A stretch of 62,796 nt of DNA, filler included, from Sphacelaria rigidula (Eukaryota), in assembly GCA_964200075.2 (NCBI GenBank). It is 5 parts of 5 records of this genome, joined end to end, with 100 filler letters (N's around TTAATTAATTAA, not from the genome) between each part and the next. Parts side by side here need not be neighbours in the genome. Positions count along the whole stretch, not along the records: positions 50,319 to 62,796 come from CAXNAA020003724.1; 4 more parts are not named here. One strand, given 5' to 3'. The notes beneath the pieces are model-generated. The model saw only the letters and a list, made by a program, of their open reading frames with translations. It did not search any database and had not been told where the DNA came from. This document shows, piece after piece, positions 50,219-62,796 of this stretch (within the stretch, counting starts at the first letter, position 1; each line of letters begins with the position of its first letter). Made by a program: the position numbers and the translations under genes.

Positions 50219-50318
50219 NNNNNNNNNNNNNNNNNNNNNNNNNNNNNNNNNNNNNNNNNNNNTTAATTAATTAANNNNNNNNNNNNNNNNNNNNNNNNNN
50301 NNNNNNNNNNNNNNNNNN
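50219..50318. other. Artificial contig-join linker
   Basis: N44-TTAATTAATTAA-N44. Confidence 0.98.
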
Positions 50319-50489
50319 CGAGTCTCATGGAAGGTGAGCTGCATCCTGCTAAGATTGTTCGGTCCGAGGCCTACTGATTATCTTGCATTTGGATCACAGC
50401 CTTCAACGAGTTGCGTCATTTTCTGGTATCACCACCTCAAGAGACAGCCACAGCTTTTACACTACCTCATGGGTGTCTAACCTCGAGGG

Positions 50490-50613
50490 AGGGGGGAAGG
50501 GGATCAGGCGTTGTGCCCGGAAAAATGGCTCATACCAAAGCGCAGGCGTCGTGGGGGGAAGGGGATCAGGCGTTGTGCCCGGAAAATGGCTCATACCAAA
50601 GCGAAGGCGTCGT
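50490..50613. repeat. Tandem duplication of ~61 bp
   Basis: Two near-identical copies of GGGGAAGGGGATCAGGCGTTGTGCCCGGAAAATGGCTCATACCAAAGCG.AGGCGTCGT. Confidence 0.9.
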
Positions 50614-50944
50614 TGGGCACCAATTGAATGCAGGCGCACATACGTCCCCCCCCCCCCCGACAGGCTGGCTTCGCGGCAGCTTGGTGCCATGATCGATGGG
50701 GTTGTTGTGGCATAGGTGGTACACACTATCCAGCGTTCTGCTTTGTGTGCCGCCGGCTGCAGTGTCAGCGCGACATCGCTGCACCCTCATTGCATAGCTG
50801 GGTTTTTATTTTCTTGTATCACATTCGCCGTCGATGTATAGTTGGTGGTGCTCCTGTTGAAAAAACGCGGACATATCCATGTATGCGTGTGTTTATTCTC
50901 TGTCCGGAAAACCGGGCATATGTCGGAACCCTTCCACTAGAAAA

Positions 50945-52450
50945 CAAACTGGATCCCGTCGGACCCCCGAAAAACGGGGAAAACTCGAGGAGTGAAAAAA
51001 CCTTGTCCATATAAGGTTGCGTAATGACACATGGCTTATTTGTGGAAAAATTCAGGGTCCAACTCCTAATAACGGCGTCAAGGTTTGCGCGTTTGTGGAG
51101 GACGTGGGCTTGAAACGTGCAACTCCGAACTACTTGGTTTTAGTATGGAAACGTCTTTTTGGGTGAATTTGACGTCAAGGCCAGAAAAACTGTTCGGGGT
51201 TCTCGAGTTTCTCCATCAAACTTTGTACATGTGTTCCTTGGACTATCCCGGGACGCATCAATTCTTTTTCTTATCTTGGAGCGTTCTACACCGCCTTCCG
51301 GGAGTCTCTATACGGGGACCCCCGGAAGCCGGTAGAGAACGGAGGAACCACGAACCATTGCCAATTCAATTTTCCTATTTGGAGCATCATCACCTACGAA
51401 ACTGCGAAGTTTGAGAGCGATCTGAACTTTTCTACAACAGATATATGGGACACCGTCACGAGGCTCCCTGGGTCTTTCGTGCGTACGAACTGGTCCAGCT
51501 TAAAAGCTGCTAAAATTGCTCGCACCACAGCTTCCCCAGCTTCTCGAATGAACCCGATGTAAGCATATCACTGTGAAGTGTAGACCAACCTGGTGACACA
51601 CGGCACCACCGCTGAATGAAGAAAAATAATTAAAAAAATGTCTTGCATAATATATAACCTCAACGACGTACGAAAAAAAAAAAATCTGTCGGGATTCGAA
51701 CTCATGACCTGAACATAAATAATTGGAGTCTCCCATCACTTGATTTATAGGGGTGCAGCAGCGTCACGGGAAATGTTGAACACACGGCCGAATTCGACAA
51801 CTCTTGAGCTGATAGTTCACGAGTCCAGCTGCAGTCTCCTTTTTTTCCTGAACCTATGACATTATCTAGTTTTTGCTAAAATTTCAAATGCCCATAACTT
51901 GTTTTTTCGTCTTTTTTTCTTTGCTGGTTCTGTGATCTTCTGCATTTCGATAATCAAAAAGCTGCTGTCGAAATTTCAGCGTCCAACTCCTGATGTCGCG
52001 CCGTGCGTCGCCTCAGCAAGCTCACATCTACTGTTGGCTGGCCCAGCTCGTATCATTGGTGGAAATTAGACAACACCCGACATCACCGAAACATCACAGG
52101 TTCGGGTATTGTTCGATCCCCGTAGTAACCGCTTCGAAATATGTTTTTTTCGTTGCATTCCCGAGCCGATGACGGTTACTACGATTCGAAGCATGTGGAG
52201 ATTAGGTGAAAAATGGGCGTGGGATTCTTAATTTCGACCTCGGAACGATTTGACGGGCGCTGATTGGTCAATGTACCTTTTCGCTCTCAGCGCTACCACC
52301 ATGGCCTTACATACAAATACGGCTATTTCACGCTCTTCTGCTGTCCATGACTGTTAGTATGATATCATGTATGCGACTATCGGATAGGTATGGCAGAAGT
52401 CATTTGCTGATGACAATTTTGGGTGATGAGCATGAACCATCCTGTACATA
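50945..52450 (+). repeat. Left arm of a ~1-kb diverged inverted repeat (interrupted at ~51480-52070)
   Basis: 50945-51480 is the reverse complement of ~57955-58495. 52070-52450 is the reverse complement of ~57550-57925. Confidence 0.8.
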
Positions 52451-53456
52451 TTTCTGGTAATGCCCGCATACAAGAGGCATTGCATGTTTCAACAGCAATG
52501 TTGCTTGCGGAATCCTCCACCGTGGGCGGACAAGTCTTGAAAGTCGGCACACAAGTTGGACACAACAGGCAGCATGTGCTCCATTCGACGGCATGTCTTG
52601 GGTTTGCGGAACATACCGTCGATGCGCACGACTTTTTCGCAGACCAAAGGTTATTAGATATATACATCGGTAGTGTACTCGCTGGGATATTTGTCATCAT
52701 ATGTGATACACGGGCGGTGCAGTTGGGATTGTTTTCATATATTTATATATTAGTATTGGACACAATCGGAACAGAAACAAGTGCACTACCTATGTATATA
52801 TATTGTATATATAACCTTTGACCCCAACTGTACCGTCTGTGGGTCAATGACTACTCATTTTTTAGTATTTTCATATATATTTCAGTATGGAACAATCGGA
52901 ACAGAAACAAATGCACTTCCTATTTATATATGTCATAACCTTTGTCGCAGACCGAACTTCATGCACTGATCCTTGAATTCACATCTCGACACGCTGGTGT
53001 ACTAGCTGCCACATCATGTGCAGCTGGGCGGCGGCTGCGCTGGCAAACAACATCGATCTGTACAGGGATATCCTGTGGATGATGACCATCTAAACAAAAA
53101 ATAAGTCGCACACGGCCTGTAGCGGGCCTCATTTCGGGAGGTACGACCGTATGCGCAATATCGATGCTGCAACGCGTTTAAACTTTGATTTTTATATTTA
53201 TTATGAAGCATTACCAATGAGTCCACATCACTGCATTTAGGGTTCCGTATTTCAGCAGCACGCAACGCGGCGACAAAAGTTAATCTCTTCGTTGCGAAAA
53301 AATGTTATTTTTTCTTCATTTTTTTGGCGAAAGACCTCTCCACGCCAGTATATTAGTTGCTCCGTTTTTAACCTCTTCGATCGCACGCGCGTTTCTCCTT
53401 GTTTTCTCCCTCAGGTAACGAGGCGCACTCGACGGCACGAGGGTGCGAGCTTGTAG

Positions 53457-53559
53457 ATGCCTGGCCCTGGCCGCCCAGCCAAAGGCCGGCCGCCAAAAGC
53501 GGCAAAGGCGAAAAGCGAACCCCGCCCTCCGCGCGCAGGGGATGAAGCCCGTAAAATAG
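53457..53559 (+). CDS. First coding exon of an AT-hook-like protein (MPGPGRPAKGRPPKAAKAKSEPRPPRAGDEARKI)
   Basis: Upstream acceptor TTCTCCCTCAG| at 53414, ATG at 53457, two GRP motifs, donor G|GTGCGG in phase 1. Confidence 0.55.
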
Positions 53560-54152
53560 GTGCGGGGGCGGTGTCTCATTTTGTCTTTTGTATCTTGGGT
53601 GAAGATGAGAGGAGGACTAGATGTTACAGTGTTGGGAATTCAGATAAAAGGCCTGGGTTTTTTGTTCATGTAACGGAGGTCAGAGTTGTGTTTTTCTCTT
53701 CCGTAGTGTTTCAGACAGTTTTGATTGAGTGACAACAGCAGCTGTTTTTTGTTTCTGTTCCAAGAAAAGAGATAGCTGCCAGATGAGTCTGGGCTCGCCA
53801 TTACACCACCGGGGGGCGACGGCTATACTTAGAGTACGTGCGTAAATTTCCCAAGCGTCGTGCACCCAATGACGTCCTTTGTTTATGTTGTACAACAAAC
53901 GCTGCTCTACACGACATGAGTGGTACCCTCTACCGTGAGGGTTATTGCATAAAGCCAACGCTCTGTAAAATCCACATGCCTCCTCAGCTTGAAGTTCAAG
54001 TATAACTTCAACGGAGTAACAGGGTTCCGATTAACCTGTGGTGCATCATCCAATGTTATCTCCCTTGAGTATCCAGTACTCTCGCCGCGGCGCGTGAGAT
54101 CCGGGAATGGATTGAGCTGAACCTGCGAGTAGATCGTCCGCTGCAAATATTA

Positions 54153-54410
54153 CACACCCTGCACAATATACGGGTAATGATTGCAGTAGATAAAAAAACG
54201 TACTGCATAAAGTGTAGGCCTATTGCAACTATTCCTTTGTAAACATTCTTCAATAGTTGCAAGAAGGGTAAACTTCATGCTCCATGGAGTATGTTTCTTG
54301 TCTATCGCAACTATTGACCATTCCAACAACGATTGCAATAGGCCCATACTTCATGCAGTACATCTTCTGTCTATTGGAACTATTGACTATCATCTACTGT
54401 CCAGGGTGTG
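54153..54410. mobile_element. 258-bp hAT-type MITE (same TIR family as 17304-18986)
   Basis: CACACCCTGCACAATA / TACTGTCCAGGGTGTG with flanks AAATATTA / AAATATCA (7/8 TSD). Quasi-palindromic interior. Confidence 0.8.
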
Positions 54411-55254
54411 AAATATCATGTGTCGAAATTTGAACTGCTTGGGTAGAAATGATACTCACGAGTTATGGGCTCGCATTCTTTTTCCGGGACGGTGCTCGCG
54501 CACGGAGGGGAGCTGGTCCTCTACGGCGTCGAGGTTGTCCCGCCGCTGACGGTCAATCGGTAATATTGTTCCGAGGAGACGTATGACGCAAGAGGGGGAG
54601 AGGGAGGGAGGGGAGCGGAGGGGGCAAGGGAGGTTTTTCGACCCTTTGATGGCAAGACAGTTCATTGGAGTCCACGTATCATTCCCATATACCGCTACTC
54701 TTGTCTATTTGGTGTTTTTTGCAGTAATCACTCCTCGTGGAGTAAAATCATGGACTACTCTTCGTGACAGATGGGCTTACCCCAGTTCCCATCTCCCAAA
54801 TTTATGGTTGATACATTTTTGAAAGAGCGCTAGCGTTAAACCTAATCCATTCCCTCGCCCTTGCCCTAACCCTTACTCCAACGAAGGCACACCGAGAACG
54901 TTTTTGGAAAAGTGATGCAAAGGGTGCCAAAGGCAAAGTGTGCGCTGGCAGATTTCAAATCGATCCCTGAAACGCTGATTTAGACAGAAAGTACGCGTAT
55001 GTGTCGTGACTACGGAGGGATTCGTAGCGAGTCAGATCTTCCTGGAAAATCGGTCGATCAATGAAACGTACCATACCGCCAGTCAAATTCTGATCCGTAA
55101 GGCCTCACATCACATCGCATGTACGCTACAATCCCTTCATGCTTACCATTTACCGTATCGAAGTTTTTTTTTCTTGCATGGACCATTTTTTTCATACTTG
55201 CTCGAATCTGTTATCTCACGTTTTTGTTTTGTCGTGTATAATGTGATCCTGCAG

Positions 55255-55358
55255 GTGAAAGCTTTCTGAAAATCGCCGACGTGATTGACGATTGTCCAGC
55301 CCTCGCCAAGCTTTTCGAAGGGAACTTTCTCCGGGATCGATTCCAAGATGTTTTGCAG
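55255..55358 (+). CDS. Exon 2 of the AT-hook-like protein (GESFLKIADVIDDCPALAKLFEGNFLRDRFQDVLQ)
   Basis: Pyrimidine tract with CCTGCAG| acceptor, CAG|GTGAGG donor. 104 nt, phase 1 to 0, fitting both neighbouring exons. Confidence 0.65.
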
Positions 55359-56664
55359 GTGAGGGTGTGGGTATGTGATGTGGAGCAGTGTATGCTTTTT
55401 GCTTTGCTTTGCTTTGCTCTCTGCTTTGCTTCAACATGATGACGGACACAACGTCCCGGTAGCGATTGTATCCTTCCTCGGTAGAGACTTCGCTCAAAGA
55501 TAAGCCCTCGTCGACACCTATGCGTGATGTTACGAAATATTCGAGGATCAAAATCACAGTAATACGGAAGCCAAGTGTAGGGCTCCCTTCATGGGCTTGT
55601 AGGCGGTTTTTCATGTTTGACATACGAGCGATATGTCGACCTTACGATGTATCCAAATTTAAATTAGACTATGGTTACCTCCTGATGTGGAATCCCCACT
55701 TTGTCCGTTTCCAAGACATGCATCATGTCGGAGACTAATTTCAGCTATTTCCACCCGAGATGATTTTTTGAGTGTTGCGCCTCCCCCTTCCCCCCTTCGA
55801 CATCACGGAGCTTCGCGCTTGATGACTGAATACGAGCCTGGCCCGGCGAGGAACCGGCGTGCTCCGCCCTGGCTCTGTAGGGATACGAGGTCAACGGTCA
55901 GATGACTATGGCATGCAAAGTCATGAGTACATCCACCCCCCCTCCAACATCTAAATCCCGTCTGTTTCGCAGCTCCGTCCGTAATTGTTGATTTGTCGGT
56001 CATCCAGCTCTATTTATTGCAGACTATGTTGTTCACATCTTTTTTTAAATGACGCAGGTTGCGATTTTGTGCCGAAGGGCAAAAGTGAAGAACATTGTCG
56101 GTCACTTTCCGGCGATCATCATGTGCTCTCGCTCATGTTTTTGCGTGCCTCGCACAGATTTTCTTGATGTGCGACCATAGTTTCGCTTTGGCCCTCTCGA
56201 AGGCTTCAATGTGGAAAGAGCAACATCTTGACCACTTTCGTGATGCAGGCTTCAACTAGAGTCTACCTCGTGCGGGAGGGAGATGATGAAGGCCATGGTG
56301 GAGCTTGTACGAGACGAAACCTGACACGCAGATGTGTCAAGAGTGAAATCGAACTACGCGTTCCCATCCGTCCCCTTCCCTTCCCTTTCCCTCCCTTAAT
56401 TTTTCTGTGAACAAGGACTGGCGTCTGTCTCATGGTGCATTATTCAGTACGGAAGATACTAGAACCACTCCACTCTACCGACCTTCCCCCCCTCCCGCTT
56501 CATGAGGAGTAGTAACGGTGCTCCGTCTCGAAAGGGATGCGCGGCCAATTGTCAATGACTAAGGCAAGCAACATATTAGTACGCTCCGCCCCCGCCCCCG
56601 CCCCGGCTCCTGCCCCCTCGGCGCTCATCCCCGATATCCGGATCACGCCTCATTTTGTCATCAG

Positions 56665-57117
56665 CTCAAGAGCAGTACCAATGCACCCGCGGTAGCGACG
56701 CCGTCAGGAGGCGGAGGCGGCAGCGGCAGCGGCAGCAGTAGCCATAATCGTAGCACTGGTGGAATGCTCGATGATAGTCGAGGTGACGCACAAGCGCGGT
56801 CGCTGCCTGACAGGCGGCAGGACGGTGGCGAGGACGATGAAGACCATGATGATGTAGCTGATGCGGATGCGGATGCAGATGCGGACGCGGATGTGGATGC
56901 AGATGCGGACGCGGACGCGGATGTGGATGTGGATGCTGATGCCGATGCCGATGCCGATGCCGATGCTGATCCTCAGTCGTCGACAGATGGGGCTGTGGCC
57001 GAAGCGGACGGGGGTGATGCGGAGAGAACCGGTAGGGAGGTAAAAGGGCCGGCGGGTGAAGTGGTGGGTGCAGGTGGTGGACGACGCGGGTCAAGAGCGC
57101 GAGGTTCAACGTCCGAG
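56665..57117 (+). CDS. Exon 3 of the AT-hook-like protein: Gly/Ser-rich, then an acidic (Asp-Ala/Val)n tract
   Basis: TTTTGTCATCAG| acceptor, open 151 codons, GAG|GTATGT donor. About 18 DA/DV dipeptides using mixed codons. Confidence 0.65.
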
Positions 57118-57549
57118 GTATGTGCGATGGAGCAAATTGCGGTAGGGTTTTGCTTCCAACGGTCAGTACGGCGTGTTTATGTGCGCACGCGTTTGCTTGC
57201 ACACCCTGGATAATGACGGTAGATCACATCGTCGAAAAGTGTGCTGCGTACAGTTCCGTCGTACTATCTCATCGGATTACTATCAACATAACTGGTTTAA
57301 TTATATCTGCATCAGTTTACTTAGACCCACTTTCATGACGGGCATGAATCTTGTTTTTTTTCAAAATTGGGGGGACAAAAAATCGGGGAACGCGCTTAAT
57401 GGACGCGGATCTGGACCAAATCGGGGGCGAAAGAATCAGGGGGTCACGATGTCGGAACGTTTTTCCCGATTTTTCGAAAAAAATCGGGGGGATCGTTCCG
57501 AGATCGTGACTTTCCCCGAGTTTTTTGAGGTGACGTACGTGCATTGACG

Positions 57550-58495
57550 TATCTTGCTACAGGCTGGTTCACGGTGATCACCCAAAATTGTGTCATGAGC
57601 TAATGCCTTCCGCAATACGCGCCCAATAGTCGCATATATTGTATCACACTGACCGCAATGAAAAGATGAAGAGGGTGACATGGCCGAATTTTTGTTCAAA
57701 GCCATAGCGGTGGCGCTATGGACGAAAATGTGTCTCATCCAATCAGCGCTCTTCAAACTGTTCCGAGATCGAAATTACGAATACCAAGCCCAANNNNNNN
57801 NNCTTCAAATCGTAGTAACCGTCATCGACACGGGAATCTAACGAGAAAATCATATTTTTAAAAACGGTTACTACGGGGGTCGAATTATACCCGAAACCGT
57901 GATGTTTTGGCGATGTCGGATGTCGGCGTCGTCTAGTTTCCACTAATGACACCTACGACAGACCCAGGGAGCCTCGTGACTGTGTTTCCTATATCTGTTG
58001 TAGAAAAGCTCAGATCGCCCTCAAACTCGGCAGTTCTGGAGGTAATGATGCTCGAAATGTATTTAATTTTATTTTTGACAATATATCATGTTTTCTCCGT
58101 TCTCTACCGGCTTCCGGAGGTCCCACCATGAAGACCCCCGGAAGGCGGTACAGAATGCCGTGAAAAAATAAGAATGAAATGATGCGTCCCAGGAGTCTAA
58201 GGAACACATATACAAAGTTTGGTGAAGGAACTCGAAAACCTCATACAGTTTCTCTTGCCTTGATATCAAATTCACCCCAGAAGACGTTTCTAGACTAAAA
58301 CCAAGTAGTTGGGAGTTGCACGTTTCAAGCCCACGTCCTCCACAAATGCGCAAACTTTCACGCCGTCATTTGGACTTAGATCCTGAAACTTCGCATTAAT
58401 ATGCTGTGTATCATTACGTAACTTTCCACGGACGATGTTTTTTGTACCTCTTGATTTTTTCACCGTTTTTCGGGGGTCTGACGGGATCGAAGTCG
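57550..58495 (-). repeat. Right arm of the contig-5 inverted repeat
   Basis: Inverted match to 50945-52450. Further fragments at ~58740-59075. Confidence 0.8.
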
Positions 58496-60852
58496 TTTTT
58501 CGAAGTAGTCTCGATTTCGGGACCCTAGAAAAACAGCACTACGATATTTTTTCTCATTTTTTCGCAAACTATCTGCCTCCACATAACCCAAGGATGGGCT
58601 CCACAAATTTTCGTTGCAAAACTCGATCAACTGATGCTTGAATTTCCATGTTCACGTCAAAGAAGCCCCCAAAACGCCGTTTTGGTACTGAAACCGAGCA
58701 GTTCGCGGTTTCACCGCGGCACGGCAAAGTTCATCGCACAAAGGCCAAAAACCTCACGCCGTTTCAAGGAGTTGGTCCCTGAATTTTTGCACAACTGTGC
58801 TTCGGGACATTACGCAACTTTGGATGAACGAGGTTTTTGATTATTTTTTTGCTCCCGTATTACGGGGGTCCGATTGGGTCGAGGTTTCGCCAAAAAAACT
58901 GGTATCCCCGAAAAACGATGAAGAAAGTCAAAAAGTAAAAGAAACCTCCATCATCGAAAGTTGCGTAATTACCCATAGAACATTTGTGCAAAATTTCAGG
59001 GTCTAACTATTTTAAACGGCGTGAGGTTTTGCCGATGAGTGTTTTTTGGGTGATCACCGTGAACCAGCCTGTAGAGTACGATGCGTTTGATATTTTTGCA
59101 ACGGCAGCAGAAGAGAGTCTCGTGACAGCACAGGGCGTGCGTACTGCCGCTTCCAGCTGCTGAATCAACTTCGTAAGGGGTTTGTACAAGTGTTCGCAAG
59201 GGGTTTGACAAGTGGATAATGAGTGCTGACGCCATACCCTACGGCGATAGTTATATTTTACACTACGCTGTGCTGCCATATGTATCACTATAACGAACGC
59301 TACGGTACTCTCCTAGCTTTTGTCGCTGTCTTCGAGGGGTGATGTGCGGCACTGCACTACCGAACTCTGCTCGCGCACTGGTTGTTCTCTGTTCTCGCAA
59401 TACCGACTGTGCCATCATGTACTACCACAAGGCATTACCATGTACTGTACTGATGCAGTGTCCTACACTGTATTACCCTAGGGTATCAACGTACGACACT
59501 GTACTCGAAGGATTGTTTACCGCCTGCCTGCTATTCGGCTTCATGCACGAGAACGCAGTACGACACTCACGCAAAAAATGACCGTCTGTGTACCGAACGG
59601 TTTCACAAATCTGTGATACTGTACCGTCTGTGCCATAAAATGGAGTATGATGTGTCTTCATCCTTCCAGAGCATGAGACTGTCTGTAGAACTCCGCCCCT
59701 CGAAATCCCAGCGCAGCTTGAAGTGGTCACTGGGATTCTGATATCTGGGATTTGAGCCCTGGGAATTTGGCCAGATCCCAGGCCAAAAAAATCATATCCC
59801 AGCGCATAAAAGTCGGCCACATGACATTATCTTGTTTTTGCTGGCATTTCAAACCATAACTTCCTCTTTTTTTCATTTCTTCTTTGCTACTCACGTGATA
59901 TTCTGCATGTCGATTGTAAAAAGCTGCTGTCGAAATTTCAGCGTGCAACTCCTGATAGCGCGCCGTGCGTCACCCGGGCGAGAAAACCACCCATTCATTT
60001 CTGGCTGGCCCAGCTCGTACTCGTACTGCCGATTTTTTGTTGGTCGTATCTCCGATCATTTTCCTTCCTCGGGATGAGTCCGTGGTCTCAAGAAATCAAT
60101 TCCTTTTCCCCCGATAAACGCTTGACATTTTGGTACCACGGGTGGGATCAGCCCCTCAGCACCGCGTCGACGCTCGTTATGTTTTGCATGCTACTCAGAC
60201 AATAACAACGACGGCAACCAGATTCTGCCCACAAAGTCCGTATCTGTCGGGATTGGAACCTGTATCCTTCCGCCTTTACTGGACATACTCAGGAGTTACT
60301 CGTAGACCACCGCTGAGAGGGCAAGCGGATGTAGAGTAAATACAAAATATCGGCACACAAATAGTAGAGTAGAGCGAAGCCATGGAGATGAAACACCGCT
60401 ACACGTACAACACTTGCAAAAAAGCATCGCCAACCGAAGTAGACCAACGGACAAGATGCATTTGGCCATACATGACTTTGGCCGACATTACATATTTCGG
60501 AACATTTTTCAAATCTTAGTCGAGCATGCTCCAACAGTAGCAGACGAGGAATACCGTTCGAAGCTCCCTATACAGTCCAATGGACGGCAGGGAGCATGGT
60601 GCAGATGGATTGCTACCATATGAAAAATCATATACAGCAGCAACGTGTGCTACGCTTTCAGCCGGCACACACCCCTTGGGACCCATGTTGTGTTGAACAG
60701 GCAGTACTGAGCAGTACAGACAACACCCGTAGGGAAGCAGCGAACAAATACAGTAGGATAAATACGCTCAGTAGTAGCAGCAGAGACAAAATGGTACTAC
60801 CGTCATAGGCATACGATGCAGTGTAGAACACGCGGCTGCGGGGAACACGTAC

Positions 60853-61032
60853 CTCGAAGTTTCCACTGATTTGGTCGCCTGCCTTAGCAGCGACCAAAAT
60901 GCACTTAGTTTCTCCATCTTGGACAGTTAGAGACAGCCCCTGTACCGCCACCATGCCAACACCTGCGGAGAGAAGGCAAATCACCACGGACATCACGTCC
61001 AGCCTTCTGCGTACTACTCCTCGCGGCTGCAT
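60853..61032 (-). CDS. First exon of an emp24/gp25L/p24 (TMED, GOLD-domain) family protein
   Basis: Signal-peptide-like VMSVVICLLSAGVGMVAVQG followed by LSLTVQDGETKCILVAAKAGDQISGNFE, the typical GOLD N-terminus. Donor GAG|GTACGT. The start could be the second Met. Confidence 0.8.
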
Positions 61033-62796
61033 TCGAAATAGCATTTTCGGTGACCGTTACGGCTACGATATACTAGCGAATAGAGTTATAGAGTGGAGAT
61101 ATTCCTTGTCGTGCGTGTTTCGCTAGTTCGAGATGATCCGGACACAAGCCTCCACCCCAGGCTCCCCGTGCTGAATGTCTTATCCTTGTTCTTTTGTCAT
61201 CTTCCACACTCCGCCGTACCACCTCCCTGCTTGTGAAAAAGGGGTACCCATCTATTGTATTGTTTTGATTCATCAGCAGAGATCACACTGGTACCGTTAA
61301 TGACGGTCGTGTCGATTCAAATTGTCACGTCCTATCCTCAGTGCATATGCGCCGGTCAGATACATGCGTATCTAGCCCCAATGCGTCAAGTATGCTTCTG
61401 GAAACTGAAGAAAGGCAGCAACCAGCAGCACCAGCAATGAACCCCGGCAACAAATTGTCGAGGGATGTTCTCCTGTAAGATGCGCTGCTGCCGGTGCGCC
61501 CTACACATTGCGTTTCTCTTGCCGTGACCAGCTGTTCTGTGGTCTGTGTGCGCGCAGCATCGTTTTCGTAAGCTTAGTTTTGCGTCGTCGGTTTTCACAG
61601 CAGATTGGGGTGTCATGTACTAGGTCAGGGTCAAGAGTGCACGAAGAACGGTCTCCCGTGCACATCTACTCCCCCCTTGGAGGGTCGATAATATATACTG
61701 GTACGAAGTATTATTTTTATTCCGTTTACACCCCCCTGCGCCCCTCTGCTTTCCCCCTCGTAATTCATGTGTTCGCTGCACGCTACCCCTCAAACACGTG
61801 CTAATAACCTATAGTACTTGTTGGAAGTACCTACGTGCTGCTGGTGTTGTTGGTTGGCTTGGCTTCATTTGTGTGATGGTCATGGTTGGAGACGATCCTT
61901 ACCCTGAACCACCCCCTGCGACAACTTTGACAACAGTGTTAATACTCGTAGCAGGTTATAATACAGTACAAAAAACAACCACAACTTTCATCCAAGCTTC
62001 ATGTAAAATAACCGGTACTCGTATAAGAATAATAACGGAAGGGATCCACAACGAGCCTACAAAAGTGGTGTTGCGTAGAGTGTTCCGACAAAATCTTATA
62101 TTACTTACAACACTTTGACAACATACCCGCTACGTTTGTCCGTTGTTCTTGTATCCCTCCATCAAAACATTGGCAACTCATTGCGGAGGCTGTTTATCCT
62201 TGATAATATTATGCATGATGCTTAGTATACGCTTCGGGCCGAACAAACTTACTTGGCAGGATCCAGGACACCCTTCATGCGACTCGACGAACACATCACG
62301 GCGCTTCGCGCTTGGTGATTGATTAAGAGCCTGATCCGGTGAAAACCCGGCGTGCTCCCTCCCGGCTTCGTAGGGATGCGAGGTCGTTAGTCTGACGACT
62401 ACGGGATATTCAAGATGATAATAACGAGTATAATAGTACACCTTACCACCACAGAACCGCCCCACGAATAAATGAGTGCCGGGTTGGTCAGCTAATATCC
62501 AAAATTTATCTTGGATCGCCAAGCTGGATGGTTCCTGTACCGATGAGTCTGTGACGGTTTAAGAGATAACCAACTAGACTACTGACCAGTCAGCGCTGTG
62601 GTAGTCTAGTTAGTTGGGTTTTTCTTGAACCGTCACAGAAGTTAGTCGTGGGGGTCCGATCCCCGTCACTTTCACTCCGAGGAGGGCGACTCCCGTTGCC
62701 AGCGCTGTATCGACTGTCATCAGGACCTCTAGTGCTGTCGCTTTCACCGTGTCCTAGAAGTCCTCGTCTCCCTTACTCATTCCAGATCGGAAGAAC

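Noticed and set aside
62585-62680. Second tRNA/SINE head (TAGTCTAGTTAG ... GGTCCGATCCC)
   Set aside because: The boxes are degenerate and the contig ends shortly after, so there is too little support to call it.

Overview
This is eukaryotic, intron-rich, repeat-dense DNA, most likely from a brown alga (Phaeophyceae). That assignment is inferred from the EsV-1-7 repeat protein, an RTE-LINE remnant and a tRNA-SINE that resemble brown algal families. The window is not contiguous. It holds five contigs of 12481, 12481, 12478, 12478 and 12478 bp joined by identical 100-nt artificial linkers (N44-TTAATTAATTAA-N44), so nothing across a linker is a biological neighbour. Host genes and fragments: a Ser/Gly-rich terminal exon; a large disordered protein running into an ankyrin-like repeat; three phase-compatible coiled-coil exons; an EsV-1-7 Cys-repeat array; a 3-exon AT-hook-like/(Asp-Ala)n protein; and the first exon of a p24/GOLD protein. 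The rest is transposon-derived. The most notable structures are: (i) a 1.68-kb hAT-type non-autonomous element (perfect 19-bp TIR, 8-bp TSD) built from ~23 helically phased 42-43-bp units with fixed palindromic cores and variable spacers; (ii) a sequence-unrelated array with the same 42-bp period on another contig; (iii) a hAT transposase whose DNA-binding/first-catalytic-Asp segment is inverted relative to its flanks; (iv) a MITE carrying telomeric repeats; and (v) kilobase-scale inverted-repeat architectures. I found no CRISPR-Cas locus, TnpB/Fanzor ORF or intact autonomous element.
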